From a bacterium (GTDB taxonomy: Bacteria > UBP14 > UBA6098): a stretch of 64,000 nucleotides of DNA. The position numbers and the translations under genes are program-made. Within the stretch, counting starts at the first letter, position 1, and the number at the start of each line of letters is the position of its first letter. The notes beneath the pieces were generated by a model that worked only from the letters and a program-made list of their open reading frames with translations, did not search any database and was not told the origin of the DNA. Shown one piece after another: positions 18,790 through 29,474 of the stretch. The stretch is from assembly GCA_023145965.1 (NCBI GenBank), contig JAGLDC010000029.1:3272-67271 (forward strand). The letters are read 5' to 3'.

Positions 18790-19762
18790 CCATTTCGGCC
18801 TTTTGCTTTTCTATAATGGAATATCCAAGCTCCAGTAGCTCTTTTAATCCCTGACCCGTAATCGAGCTTATTATACTGCCCCCCATATTCTTTATTAATT
18901 CTATATTTTCTTCAGATGCAACATCCGCTTTAGTGCCCACCAAAACACTAGTTTTATGCGATAATATCCCAAGAGAATATGATTCAAGCTCGGTTTTAAT
19001 CATCTGTGCTTTTTCTTGTGGATTATCAAAAAGATCTACAAATATAAATAACAGGATATTCCTTTCTACATGGCGTAGAAAATCAAGCCCTAAACCTTTG
19101 CCTTTATGGGCATCCTCTATTAAGCCCGGAATATCGCAAAAAATAACGCGCCTATTTCTATCGAGTTCTGCTATGCCCAGATTAGGCTCTATGGTAGTAA
19201 AAGGATATTCTGCAATTTTTGGTCTGGCTAAAGAAACTTTCGACAGAAAAGTCGATTTACCGGCATTTGGCGCACCAACTAAACCGATATCAGCAATTGT
19301 CTTCAGCTCTAAAAGTAATTCCCTCTCTTCGCCGGGCTGACCCTCTGTCGAATACTGAGGAGCTTTATTCGATGATGTTTTATAGCTCGCATTTCCTCTT
19401 CCGCCCTTGCCTCCTTTTGCTACAATATATTCACCATCTACTAAATCGGCTATAACCTTCTCTGATTCAACATCGTTAACAATTGTCCCCGGGGGAACCT
19501 TTATTATTAGGTCTTGACCATTAGCTCCGGTTTTATCCGAACCACCGCCACCAACCCCTTTTTTCGCTTTATATATGCTGATGTAATAGAAATCAATAAG
19601 AGTTGTCATCATCTTATCAACTTGAAGTATAACATTCCCACCTTTTCCACCGTTACCACCAGAGGGCCCTCCACGAGGGACGTGCTTTTCGCGGCGAAAT
19701 GCTGTACATCCATTCCCGCCATTGCCGGCCTTAATCTTTATCTTAACTCTATCTATAAACAC
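18767..19762 (-). CDS. obg: GTPase Obg/CgtA
   Basis: Glycine-rich Obg fold N-terminus GNGGNGCTAFRREKHVPRGGPSGGNGGKGG, then G1 to G4 GTPase motifs (GAPNAGKST, DIPG). GTG start. Confidence 0.95.
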   Translation of the reverse strand: MFIDRVKIKIKAGNGGNGCTAFRREKHVPRGGPSGGNGGKGGNVILQVDKMMTTLIDFYYISIYKAKKGVGGGGSDKTGANGQDLIIKVPPGTIVNDVESEKVIADLVDGEYIVAKGGKGGRGNASYKTSSNKAPQYSTEGQPGEERELLLELKTIADIGLVGAPNAGKSTFLSKVSLARPKIAEYPFTTIEPNLGIAELDRNRRVIFCDIPGLIEDAHKGKGLGLDFLRHVERNILLFIFVDLFDNPQEKAQMIKTELESYSLGILSHKTSVLVGTKADVASEENIELIKNMGGSIISSITGQGLKELLELGYSIIEKQKAEMDGDYEGR

Positions 19763-20532
19763 TATTTTCCACGTCCTTTTAGAGATACTTCGAGCAATTT
19801 TCTAAGATTACTCAGAGTGAGATTCTTTCGCAGATTTCCTCTAATTGCTAGAGATATTCCGCCCGTCTCCTCTGAAACTATAACCACAACAGCATCGGTT
19901 TCCTCTGTTAATCCTAATCCTGCTCGGTGCCTCATCCCAAGGGTTCTCTGATACCGGGGATTTTTCGTTAATGGCAATTCGCATCCAGCGGCTACGATAA
20001 CATTATCCTCAATAATAACTGCACCATCATGAAGAGGTGTATGCGGTGTAAATATAGTAACAATAAGCTCAGTTGTTACGTTAGCTCCTATCTTTTTGCC
20101 AGTTTCTTCGTATCCCTTTAAACCCACATCGCGCTTAATAGCAATAAGCGCTCCTACTTTCGCGGAAGAGAGGACATCTGCGGCATTAACAATTGCTGCA
20201 ATTATTTTTTTCGCTTCTGAAGAAACAAGCTTTCTTAAAAACGGTGCATTCCCAATCCTTGTTAAAACATTTCTAAGCTCAGGTTGGAACACAATAAGGA
20301 AAGCGATAATCCATACTGTTCCAAGTCGCGCGCTAAGCCATTTAAGTGAATTCATGTTAAGCCATGTCGAGACAAAAGCCATAACTAAAATTGTCGCTAG
20401 GCCAATTAGCATGGTAACCGCGCGCGTGCCTTTCATTAGCAAAAGAAAATTGTAAATAATAAAAGTCACAACAAGAATATCAATTATATCTATTAGACCG
20501 AATTCTATGAAGAATACCTTAAATAGAGTCAC
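19762..20532 (-). CDS. cdaA: Diadenylate cyclase CdaA (DisA_N domain, membrane-anchored)
   Basis: N-terminal TM helices, then a DAC domain with DGA and RHR motifs (HDGAVIIED...GMRHRAGLG). Confidence 0.85.
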   Translation of the reverse strand: MTLFKVFFIEFGLIDIIDILVVTFIIYNFLLLMKGTRAVTMLIGLATILVMAFVSTWLNMNSLKWLSARLGTVWIIAFLIVFQPELRNVLTRIGNAPFLRKLVSSEAKKIIAAIVNAADVLSSAKVGALIAIKRDVGLKGYEETGKKIGANVTTELIVTIFTPHTPLHDGAVIIEDNVIVAAGCELPLTKNPRYQRTLGMRHRAGLGLTEETDAVVVIVSEETGGISLAIRGNLRKNLTLSNLRKLLEVSLKGRGK

Positions 20533-21379
20533 GATTTACCTCGCGTTCGAGAGTGCTGTGTTCCTTAATTGCTTCTACAACTGCGATTGTTTCATACGTC
20601 TCACTGATATTGTGCACTCTTAAAATATCCGCTCCCTCAATAGCCGCCCATGCGAAACTTCCGAGACTACCCAACAACCTTTCTGATGGCGGCTTTTTAC
20701 CAATAATCTTTTCTATAAAACTCTTTCGCGATGTGCCTATCACTACTGGAAAACCCAACTTTTTTATTTCCTTTATTCCAGCAAGAAGGGTTAGATTATC
20801 AACTAATCTCTTGCCAAATCCTATACCTGGATCGACGTATATTTTCTCTTTATCAACTCCATTTTCAATAGCATATTTTGTTCTTTCTGATAAATACTCA
20901 CAAACTTCATCTAAAACATCATCATAACATGGATCCACTTGCATTGTCCTTGGAGTCCCGAGCATATGCATAAGAATCACATCCACTCCTGAATCAGCAA
21001 CAACTTTCACCATTTGGGGATCTGCTGTCATCGCAGAAATATCGTTCACCATCGAAGCTCCAGCCTCGATAGCTCTTTCGGCAACTTCACTCTTGTATGT
21101 GTCAATTGATATCTTTATCGGGGCTTTTTCTTTAACACCCATTATTACAGGTATAGCTCTTTTCATTTCCTCTTCAGCTGATACTGGGTCAGCCCCCGGC
21201 CTCGAAGATTCTGCTCCAATATCGATTATGTCCGCCCCTTGAATTGCCAACTGCATCGCTCTATCAATAGCGCGCGGGGGTTCCTTGTAAAGTCCTCCAT
21301 CAGAGAAGCTATCCGGTGTTGTATTAACAACACCCATTAATTTTATCCTTAATGACCTTTTCATAAACACATACCCCAA
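20519..21379 (-). CDS. folP: Dihydropteroate synthase
   Basis: LMGVVNTTPDSFSDGG pterin-binding motif. 286 aa. Confidence 0.9.
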   Translation of the reverse strand: MGYVFMKRSLRIKLMGVVNTTPDSFSDGGLYKEPPRAIDRAMQLAIQGADIIDIGAESSRPGADPVSAEEEMKRAIPVIMGVKEKAPIKISIDTYKSEVAERAIEAGASMVNDISAMTADPQMVKVVADSGVDVILMHMLGTPRTMQVDPCYDDVLDEVCEYLSERTKYAIENGVDKEKIYVDPGIGFGKRLVDNLTLLAGIKEIKKLGFPVVIGTSRKSFIEKIIGKKPPSERLLGSLGSFAWAAIEGADILRVHNISETYETIAVVEAIKEHSTLEREVNRDSI

Positions 21380-21585
21380 TCTAATATGGATTTTTAAATA
21401 TATCGTTTATATTTAGGGTTTTCAAGGCAATTATGGCCCTATTCGATGGGGGTGCAATCATTATGGCTCTATACGGGGGGTGTCGTTGCTGCGCGCCAAA
21501 AGTTAAACAATTCACTAAACCAATAAATTTTCGCCTCTTTTGACGCGAAGCCGGGAGTCAGGCTGTTGCGGTATATAACGAATTA

Positions 21586-21690
21586 AGGCAGGATTTCTCA
21601 TCGGCCTGCCTCCTATTTTTCGTTTCTCCAAAAGCTAGCTTTTGGAGAAGCGAAAAATCCCGACGCCCCCCTATTAATGCTTAGTATTGA
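21586..21690 (+). repeat. Intergenic repeat family copy R1 (short variant), between ftsH 3' end and folP
   Basis: Conserved blocks tCGGCCTgCc, AAAAGCtAGCTTTTgg (palindromic) and CCCGACGCCCCCCTATTAATGC are shared colinearly with copies at 29215-29345 and 49225-49365. Confidence 0.6.
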
Positions 21691-21695
21691 TATAT

Positions 21696-23681
21696 TTATG
21701 CGGTTGGTTCAGGCGATGGTTCGCTTATAACATTTCCAGTATCAGCCTTAAATTCTTTTTGTGGAGTTGTTTGCTTCTCTTCTGATACATTATTTTCGAG
21801 ATCCCTTTGTATCTCTTTGCCTTCGATAACAACATCGATATCTTCGCCAGAAAGTGACTCGAACTTGATTAAAGCTTCAGCAAGCAACTTCAGTTTGTCT
21901 ATATTTTCCGAGAGGAGCTTTTCCGCGCGCTTAAGAGCGCCCTCCACCAAAGCTGAGACTTCTTGATCTATAAGCTGGTTAACGTTTTCAGAATGACTTG
22001 CTCTTCGGGAAAGCAATTCCTTTCCCAGAAATACTTCATCGCCGTCTTCCGTGTAATCGAGTGGCCCAAGCTTCTCACTCATTCCCCATTCGCAAACCAT
22101 TTTTCTGGCTATACGCGTTGCTTGTTCAATATCATTATCTGCACCGGTAGTAGGGTCGTTGAAAATTATCACCTCAGAAGCCCTTCCGCCGAGCAAATGG
22201 ACGAGCTTTGTCATAAGATAGCTTTTGCTATATAGCCGTTTATCGCCTTTTGGTAGATAATATGTAAGTCCTAACGACATTCCCCGAGGGATAATTGTTA
22301 CTTTATGAACCGGGTCTGAACCGGGTAGAAGCTTCCCAAGAAGCGCATGTCCAGCTTCGTGGTAAGCGGAAATCGTCTTCTCCTCACCGGTAAGCATCAT
22401 GCTTCGACGCTCGGTTCCCATCATGATTTTATCTTTAGCCTGCTCGAAATCCTCCATAAATACTTGATCTTTTTTTTGGCGAGCAGCTAAAAGAGCAGCT
22501 TCGTTTACAATATTCGCAAGATCCGCCCCAGAAAGCCCTGGCGTTCCAAGCGCTATAATTGGGAGATCGACATCTTTTGCAAGCGGAATACCACGAGTAT
22601 GCACCCTTAATATTCCCTCTCTGCCTTTAACGTCAGGCCTCTCGATAACTACTCGACGGTCAAAACGACCTGCACGAAGAAGCGCCGGATCGAGGACATC
22701 AGGTCTATTAGTAGAAGCAAGAACTATTACTCCTACATTGGTCACGAAACCATCCATCTCGACAAGAATCTGATTTAAAGTCTGCTCACGTTCATCATGA
22801 CCACCACCGAGTCCTGTGCCCCTCTGGCGTCCAACTGCATCAATCTCATCGATGAATACTATACACGGAGCGTTTGCCTTTGCGGTTTCGAAAAGGTCCC
22901 GAACACGACTAGCCCCGACTCCCACAAACATTTCAACAAAATCACTACCCGCAACACTGAAAAACGGAACCTCCGCCTCACCAGAAACAGCCCTCGCAAG
23001 TAAAGTTTTTCCAGTCCCCGGAGGACCTAAAAGCAAAACTCCCTTTGGAATTTTTCCACCAAGCTTTGAGAAGCGGCGCGGATTCTTAAGAAAGTCTATA
23101 ACTTCACCAAGCTCCTGCTTCGCCTCCTCACAATCGGCAACATCACTAAAATTAACTTTGACCCTATCGGGCGCTATTCTCTTGGCCTTAGACTTCCCAA
23201 AATTAAAAACACCGTTTTGGTTACCCTGCATTCGTTTGATTATGAAAATATAGAAAATCGGTATTAGAAGCCATGGAAGAAGTGACAGGGCAATAGACCA
23301 CCATTTATTCCCCTCCTCGCGAGCAGTAATCTTAACGCCTTTATCGTTCAACATATTCACAAGGCCGGGATCTTCAAAAGGTATATTCAACTCGAATTGC
23401 TTATATTCAAGCGTTTCGCGCCCTATGGATACCTTTTTAGGAAAAGCAAAATTGCCCTCTACCCTCTTTCCGATGAATTCAACCTCCGCGATGTTTCCGC
23501 TATCGACCTCGTTGATAAGATCGGTATAACCGAGCTTCATGACGGGGTTTTTTTCAGTATAGAAATATTGCGCCAATATTAAAACAACGGCAAATATCAA
23601 TACAGATATAACAAGCCCTCTGCTTCTTTGTTTCCAGTTAGTAGGAGGCGGGGGAATAGTATTTCGTTTATCCTGAGGCAT
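21696..23681 (-). CDS. ftsH: ATP-dependent zinc metalloprotease FtsH
   Basis: AAA+ Walker [12 protein letters not shown] region, and zinc HEAGH motif. N-terminal TM segments. Confidence 0.95.
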   Translation of the reverse strand: MPQDKRNTIPPPPTNWKQRSRGLVISVLIFAVVLILAQYFYTEKNPVMKLGYTDLINEVDSGNIAEVEFIGKRVEGNFAFPKKVSIGRETLEYKQFELNIPFEDPGLVNMLNDKGVKITAREEGNKWWSIALSLLPWLLIPIFYIFIIKRMQGNQNGVFNFGKSKAKRIAPDRVKVNFSDVADCEEAKQELGEVIDFLKNPRRFSKLGGKIPKGVLLLGPPGTGKTLLARAVSGEAEVPFFSVAGSDFVEMFVGVGASRVRDLFETAKANAPCIVFIDEIDAVGRQRGTGLGGGHDEREQTLNQILVEMDGFVTNVGVIVLASTNRPDVLDPALLRAGRFDRRVVIERPDVKGREGILRVHTRGIPLAKDVDLPIIALGTPGLSGADLANIVNEAALLAARQKKDQVFMEDFEQAKDKIMMGTERRSMMLTGEEKTISAYHEAGHALLGKLLPGSDPVHKVTIIPRGMSLGLTYYLPKGDKRLYSKSYLMTKLVHLLGGRASEVIIFNDPTTGADNDIEQATRIARKMVCEWGMSEKLGPLDYTEDGDEVFLGKELLSRRASHSENVNQLIDQEVSALVEGALKRAEKLLSENIDKLKLLAEALIKFESLSGEDIDVVIEGKEIQRDLENNVSEEKQTTPQKEFKADTGNVISEPSPEPTA

Positions 23682-23684
23682 AGC

Positions 23685-24098
23685 CTAAAACACGTAATCT
23701 CCGTTTTCGAGTTTCTCTTTGCAATCCACACAATAAGGCGAATATGGTATTGCTCTCAGTCTTTCTAGTGGTATTTGAGCCCCACACTCGATACAGTTTC
23801 CAAAGGAGTTATTTTCAATTCTCTCGATTGCCTGTGTTATCAGTTTAAAAAGCCTATTTTCCTTGGATGCGAGCAGATATGCCTTTTCGTATTCAGCTGT
23901 CTCGGCTCCCATGTCTGCAGGGTGAGTTGTAAAGCTTGAAACCTCGCCTGTATTATCTTTCCGATTCTTATGAAGAATATTATCTTCAAATCGTCCTATC
24001 TCAGAAAGAATCTCTTCTCTCATTTTAACCAGCTTAGCCTTTATTCTCTCAATTTCCCTTGTTCTCATAGCACACTCCATAATGGTGTTAAAAATCAA
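23685..24098 (-). CDS. DksA/TraR-family C4 zinc-finger transcription factor
   Basis: C-terminal CIECGAQIPLERLRAIPYSPYCVDC (CxxC-x17-CxxC) and a coiled-coil N-terminus. Confidence 0.75.
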   Translation of the reverse strand: MIFNTIMECAMRTREIERIKAKLVKMREEILSEIGRFEDNILHKNRKDNTGEVSSFTTHPADMGAETAEYEKAYLLASKENRLFKLITQAIERIENNSFGNCIECGAQIPLERLRAIPYSPYCVDCKEKLENGDYVF

Positions 24099-24143
24099 GA
24101 CCCTTCATAATACCCATTTTTCTCTATTTAGCTACTTTTCAAA

Positions 24144-27100
24144 TCAATGCAACAATTTTTTGATCTGTATCACAATATTCTTGTCATCTAAAATCCATTC
24201 CTTCTCGAAATCTTTTTCTGTTAATACCCCGAAAACAATGGATTTAGCAAGAACTTCACCTTTTATCCATCCAGAATGAATAGATACCGCTGAACTCTTC
24301 TCATCGTCTAACAAGATACCGACTTCAATTCTGTCGGTAACCTCGAATCCAGCCTCTTTACGAGTGTTCTGTATCCTATTGACCAACTCACGGGCATAAC
24401 CCTCTGAAATAAGGTCCTCATCGAGTTTTATATCGAGTGCAACTGCGACTTCATCTTCCGTAACCACAGAATAACCCTCGGCATCGTGTTCGGTTAATAC
24501 CAAATCTTCGCTCGGTTTGATAGCAATTTCCTCGCCATCAAACACTAGATTTAAAAAATCATTCTCTAAAGCGTGTTTTATTGTGGTTGAATTTAACCCC
24601 GAGATGACAATTGCAAGTTCCTTCATTCGAGGGCCAAAACGCGGCCCAAGTGACTTGAAATTTGGTTTAGCTGAAAGATCGTAAAGCCCACTACTATCAC
24701 ATTTTTCTAACGACTTTAGATTGAGTTCTTTGAGCACAAGTTTATTTGCCCAATCGGGAAAATCAAATTTTCCCTCCATCGAAATAAGAAGCTTATTAAG
24801 CGGTTGGCGTATTTTTATGTTTGCCTTTTGGCGCGCGTTCCTTCCCATGGTAACTACACTTTCCACCAAAACCATGGCCTCGTCGAGTTCAAGTGAGATC
24901 ACATTCTCGTCGAAAACAGGAAAATCTGCAAGATGGACGCTCTCGGGAATGCTCTCGTCACACTCCCTGAAACCTTGCCATAAAGCCTCAGCTGTTATCG
25001 GTATAAAAGGAGCTATAAGTTTTGTTACTGTCAAAAGAGCATTATAGAGCGCATGATATGCCGCCAATTTATCATCGGTCATCTCCGCACCCCAAAACCT
25101 TTTCCTTCCCAATCTGACAAACCAGTTGGAAAGCTCATCGACCACGAAACTCGATATGCGTCTGGATGCATGCGTGAGATTATACTCGTTAAGGTCATTA
25201 TCTACATCGCGCAAAAGTCCATTAAGACGGCTTTCGAGCCAGCGGTCTGAGGCCGCGGGTTTACCCTCTCCCATCGATGGACACCAACCATCGATATTGG
25301 CATATAGAGTGAAAAAGTTGTATGTATTCCTCAATGTATCGAAGAATATCCTTTTCACTTCGGCAACAGCTTCGACATCAAAGCGTTTTGAAAGCCACGG
25401 CGAGCTATTCGAGATGAGATACCATCGCAAAGGATCTGCGCCATGATCATCGATAACCTTTATCGGATCGACAGCATTACCCTTGCTTTTAGACATCTTT
25501 TGACCATCTTTATCAAGCACGAGACCGTTAACGAGACACCGCTTATAACAGGATTTCCCCATCGCCATAACCGAGATGCTTAATAAAGTATAAAACCACC
25601 CGCGAGTCTGATCCACACCCTCGCATATAAACTCGGCTGGAAAATGCTCAGGTTCAAATTCACATGCGTTTTCGAAGGGATAATGCACCTGTGCAAAAGG
25701 CATAGCTCCGCTGTCAAACCAGCAATCGATAACCTCTGGAACTCGATGCATCTTCGCAGAACATTTTGGACATTTAAGAATAACTTCATCGATGCCCGGC
25801 TTGTGTAAATCCATCCCATCAGAATATCCATCAATGGCCATATTCTTTAATTCCTCGCGGGAACCTATAGCGTGTTCGTGCTTACATTCATCGCAAACCC
25901 ATATAGGAAGGGGTGTTCCCCAATATCTTTCACGGGATATTGCCCAATCCACATTATTTCTAAGCCATTCGCCAAAACGCCCTTTGCCTATCTCTGGCGG
26001 AAACCACTCTATCTTTTCATTCTGGGCGAGAAGTTCTTTCTTGAAATCTGTAGTGCGTATATACCAACTTCCTCGTGCATATTGGATAAGAGGGCTATCG
26101 CAACGCCAGCAAAAGGGATAGCTATGGACAATTTTCCCTCGTGAAAAGAGAATTCCTCGTTCGGCAAGATCGTCGAGTATTTTAACGTCGGCGTCTTTAA
26201 AGAACAAACCAGCATAGGGCTCGGCACTTTTGGCTATCGTTCCGTTGGCCTCGACAAGCTGAACCATTGGAAGATCATACTTACGCCCCACTTCATAATC
26301 CTCTTTTCCAAATGCCGGTGCAATATGGACTATACCTGTTCCGTCTTCGGTGGTTACATAATCTGCAAGCACAGTAAACCAGGCCTTTTTATCGGGCTCG
26401 ACGAATCGGAAAAGTGGCTCATAGCTGATTCCTGCAAGCTCGGAGCCGGGTTTCTTTTCGATTATCTGTGGGGGTGTTTCTCCGAAAACACTTTCGAGTC
26501 TTGATTGTGCAAGCCATAAAAGTTGGCCTTCATGCTCAACCTTAACATACTGAATCTTTGGATTAAATGCGAGGGCAACATTTGAAAGAAGCGTCCACGG
26601 TGTTGTTGTCCAGATAAGAAAGAACTCGTTTTCGGTATCGGCTCTCTTCACACGGACAGTCAGTGATGGGTCTTCAACATCACGGTAACCCTGTGCAACC
26701 TCGTGGTCGGAAAGGCCGGTTCCGCAACGGGGGCAATAAGGCAACACTTTGTGGCCTCTATATATAAGTCCATCGCGGAAGAATTTTGCCAACAGCCACC
26801 AAACGCTCTCCATATAATCGGCATTGCAGGTTATATATGGTTTCGACATATCGAGCCAATACCCTATGCGGCGTGTCATCTCCTCCCACTCGTCAACATA
26901 CTTGAAAACACTGACTTTACAGGCAGTATTAAATTTATCTACGCCAAAATTTTCAATTTCGCATTTCGCTGAGATGCTATAGGCTTTCTCGACATCTATC
27001 TCGACCGGAAGGCCATGGGTGTCCCAACCAGCCTTGCGCTCTACCAACATTCCCTTCATAGTTCGATAACGGCACACAGTGTCTTTAAGTGTCCTGGCGA

Positions 27101-27293
27101 GAACATGATGAACTCCCGGAAGACCATTTGCCGTGGGTGGACCTTCGTAAAACACGAATTTTGGCATGCCTTGACTTTTTTCTAGGACTTTTTTAAAAAT
27201 CTTTTTGTTATCCCAAAAATCGAGGGTTTCAGCTTCCAGTTGCTGTTGTTTTTCTTCCTTCGAGTATTCCCTGTATTTCTTTTGGTTATTCAT
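24144..27293 (-). CDS. ileS: Isoleucine--tRNA ligase
   Basis: HIGH-class motif PTANGLPGVHH, KMSKS motif KMSKSKGN, and C-terminal zinc-binding cysteines. 1049 aa. Confidence 0.95.
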   Translation of the reverse strand: MNNQKKYREYSKEEKQQQLEAETLDFWDNKKIFKKVLEKSQGMPKFVFYEGPPTANGLPGVHHVLARTLKDTVCRYRTMKGMLVERKAGWDTHGLPVEIDVEKAYSISAKCEIENFGVDKFNTACKVSVFKYVDEWEEMTRRIGYWLDMSKPYITCNADYMESVWWLLAKFFRDGLIYRGHKVLPYCPRCGTGLSDHEVAQGYRDVEDPSLTVRVKRADTENEFFLIWTTTPWTLLSNVALAFNPKIQYVKVEHEGQLLWLAQSRLESVFGETPPQIIEKKPGSELAGISYEPLFRFVEPDKKAWFTVLADYVTTEDGTGIVHIAPAFGKEDYEVGRKYDLPMVQLVEANGTIAKSAEPYAGLFFKDADVKILDDLAERGILFSRGKIVHSYPFCWRCDSPLIQYARGSWYIRTTDFKKELLAQNEKIEWFPPEIGKGRFGEWLRNNVDWAISRERYWGTPLPIWVCDECKHEHAIGSREELKNMAIDGYSDGMDLHKPGIDEVILKCPKCSAKMHRVPEVIDCWFDSGAMPFAQVHYPFENACEFEPEHFPAEFICEGVDQTRGWFYTLLSISVMAMGKSCYKRCLVNGLVLDKDGQKMSKSKGNAVDPIKVIDDHGADPLRWYLISNSSPWLSKRFDVEAVAEVKRIFFDTLRNTYNFFTLYANIDGWCPSMGEGKPAASDRWLESRLNGLLRDVDNDLNEYNLTHASRRISSFVVDELSNWFVRLGRKRFWGAEMTDDKLAAYHALYNALLTVTKLIAPFIPITAEALWQGFRECDESIPESVHLADFPVFDENVISLELDEAMVLVESVVTMGRNARQKANIKIRQPLNKLLISMEGKFDFPDWANKLVLKELNLKSLEKCDSSGLYDLSAKPNFKSLGPRFGPRMKELAIVISGLNSTTIKHALENDFLNLVFDGEEIAIKPSEDLVLTEHDAEGYSVVTEDEVAVALDIKLDEDLISEGYARELVNRIQNTRKEAGFEVTDRIEVGILLDDEKSSAVSIHSGWIKGEVLAKSIVFGVLTEKDFEKEWILDDKNIVIQIKKLLH

Positions 27294-27302
27294 AGTTCTT
27301 AC

Positions 27303-27773
27303 CTATTGTGAATCGAGAGGGAGAACCTCTCTATGCTTTTTATATTCTATGTTAATCGTCGGTGTATTCGGCGGAACGACTAACTGCATTTCAGAAGAGT
27401 TAATTTTTTGGTCGTTAATATAAATGTATCCCTCGGACGGAAGAGAATCGACACTAATAGTTGCCAATTCCTCTTGCCTACGAAGAATAACCTCCCATCT
27501 CGCGCTATCGGCCAATGGGCGAATATCTCCCCAGAGGCCATCGATAAAATCGTAATTAGTATCCGATAAGCTAAAAAAACAATAGAATCCTATTGGTGGG
27601 GGTGGTGGCGATGGCTTGTCGATTGAAATATCAAATCCGACCGATGCCGAATCTTCCATACCCAGAGTAAGAGTGTGTTCTCTTCCTGCATCGACTGATA
27701 CAATACTCTTCCAAGCCACGATAACCGGCATCACCGCAACTAAAACGATTAATATTACTTGCTTTATTCCCAT
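27303..27773 (-). CDS. Hypothetical secreted protein
   Basis: N-terminal hydrophobic signal/anchor MGIKQVILIVLVAVMPVIVAW. Contains a PPPPP stretch. No recognisable domain. Confidence 0.5.
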   Translation of the reverse strand: MGIKQVILIVLVAVMPVIVAWKSIVSVDAGREHTLTLGMEDSASVGFDISIDKPSPPPPPIGFYCFFSLSDTNYDFIDGLWGDIRPLADSARWEVILRRQEELATISVDSLPSEGYIYINDQKINSSEMQLVVPPNTPTINIEYKKHREVLPLDSQ

Positions 27774-27980
27774 AATATGAAATTGATTAAATTATTCATA
27801 ATTTTTAGAGTATAAATTTTTTACTATTCATTCGCAACTCATATTTTCCTACAAAAATAGGTAATGCCAATGGTTTTTTAAATAAGTTTGACATTTAAAA
27901 AAGAGAATTTTATATTAGTTGTGAGAATACTCGATTGTATTTCATCGAGTTTAATGATCAAAATAAATTTGGAGGAATTG

Positions 27981-28517
27981 ATGGAATTTAATATTGGGCA
28001 CACAAAATTATCAATAATCCACGGAGATATTATTGAATCTGGCGTTGAAGCGATAACCAATGCTGCCAATAACAAACTCTGGATGGGAGGCGGCGTTGCC
28101 GGTGCAATTAAAAGAGCCGGAGGTGAGGAGATAGAAACTGAAGCTATGAAAAAAGGACCAGCCGAGATAGGCAATACAATCGTTACTGGTTCTGGTTCGC
28201 TTTCGGCCAAATATGTTATTCACTCTGTTGTGATGGGACAGGATCTCCATACCAACGCCGAATATGTTAAAATCGCCACCTCAAATACACTTAAGACAGC
28301 CGATGAGATCCCCGTTTTATCTCTGGCGATGCCTGCTTTCGGAACTGGAGTGGGGCATTTTCCTGCTGAGGAATGTGCAGAGATTATGGTAGATGAGATT
28401 GTTAATGGGCTTCTTAATTCCAAGAATCTTAAACTCGTTAAAATTGTTCTCAAAGATAAAGGCGCATTCGAGATATTTAAGACTGCTCTGGAAAACAAAT
28501 TCCACAAAAAGCGCTGA
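27981..28517 (+). CDS. Macro-domain protein (ADP-ribose / O-acetyl-ADP-ribose processing, YmdB-like)
   Basis: GDIIESGVEAITNAAN...GGGVAGAIKRAGG is the macro-domain signature. The start at MEFNIG is preceded by GGAGG. The track ORF start at 27888 is likely too far upstream. Confidence 0.8.
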   Translation: MEFNIGHTKLSIIHGDIIESGVEAITNAANNKLWMGGGVAGAIKRAGGEEIETEAMKKGPAEIGNTIVTGSGSLSAKYVIHSVVMGQDLHTNAEYVKIATSNTLKTADEIPVLSLAMPAFGTGVGHFPAEECAEIMVDEIVNGLLNSKNLKLVKIVLKDKGAFEIFKTALENKFHKKR

Positions 28518-28531
28518 CAAGCACACTCTCG

Positions 28532-29161
28532 ATGGCAACTCCTTATCAAATGACTCAAAAAAACTTAGAACGGCTTTCGGAGTATTTGCGTGCTTTAAAG
28601 GAATCGACCATCGAGGGCAAAATTTTTGTATCAAGCAGGGATATAGCCACCAAGGCCGGTTTTTCCGCCGACCTAGTTCGAAAAGACCTCTCAAAAGCTG
28701 GTTGCTTTGGGAAAAGGGGCATCGGTTATAATATTGACAAGCTATCGGACGAGATTTGCGAGATACTTGGAACAAACAGGCGCTGGAAGGTTGCTCTCGT
28801 TGGATTTGGTCAACTTGGGCAATCGCTAATCAACTACAAAGGTTTCGCTGAAAGCGGTTTTGATATCACCGCAATATTCGAGATCGATGATAAACTGATA
28901 GGCGAATTTTTCGAAGATATTCCTATTTATGATGCCACTCAGATGCCCGACATTTGCGAACGCGAAACTATATTACTTGCAGTTGTTGCGGTCTCCACGG
29001 AAAATTCTTACAAGGCTATCCAGCGTTGTTTCGATGCCGGCATTCGCGGTATCCTTAATTTCACAGACAGAACTGGTTTTATAGCGCCCCCACATGCGAA
29101 GATACGCAATGTCAACATTGCTATCGAGATGGAATCGCTTAGCTATTTTATCACTAAATAA
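28532..29161 (+). CDS. rex: Redox-sensing transcriptional repressor Rex
   Basis: N-terminal winged helix (RLSEYLRAL...SSRDIATKAGFSADLVRKDLS) plus a Rossmann NADH-binding core (VALVGFGQLGQSL). 209 aa. Confidence 0.85.
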   Translation: MATPYQMTQKNLERLSEYLRALKESTIEGKIFVSSRDIATKAGFSADLVRKDLSKAGCFGKRGIGYNIDKLSDEICEILGTNRRWKVALVGFGQLGQSLINYKGFAESGFDITAIFEIDDKLIGEFFEDIPIYDATQMPDICERETILLAVVAVSTENSYKAIQRCFDAGIRGILNFTDRTGFIAPPHAKIRNVNIAIEMESLSYFITK

Positions 29162-29214
29162 TAGCATAACCCATTTAAATCGATTCTCGGGGGCATTGGC
29201 AATCCTATTCGGAT

Positions 29215-29345
29215 TAGCCGTTAGGCCGGTCTATCATTCTGGAACATATTAAACATTTTTCCTCCGGCCTCACGGCGGCTACAGGCCATACGTAAAGCCA
29301 GCTTTTCTTAGGGCCTTTAGTCCATGCCCCCTCATTACATAGGAC
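29215..29345 (+). repeat. Intergenic repeat family copy R2, between rex and hydrogenase operon promoter
   Basis: AGGCCGG-34nt-CCGGCCT hairpin, then AAAGCCAGCTTTTCT, then CCATGCCCCCTCATTACATAGG. Colinear with the copy at 49225-49365. Confidence 0.6.
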
Positions 29346-29388
29346 AACAACACCTTTTAAAAATTTTAAATAAGACTTAATTAAGCAC

Positions 29389-29417
29389 TTGACATCCAGA
29401 AAGTTATTTCTTATTAT
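29389..29417 (+). promoter_or_regulatory. Sigma70-type promoter of hydrogenase operon (TTGACA-17-TATTAT)
   Basis: Perfect -35 TTGACA at 29389-29394, a 17-nt spacer, and -10 TATTAT at 29412-29417. Lies ~60 nt upstream of the first operon gene, which has an AGGGAG RBS. Confidence 0.65.
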
Positions 29418-29474
29418 CCGAAACTTAACTTTTGTTGATGAATGCGTGAATAAACATACGCAGGGAGTCAGAAC

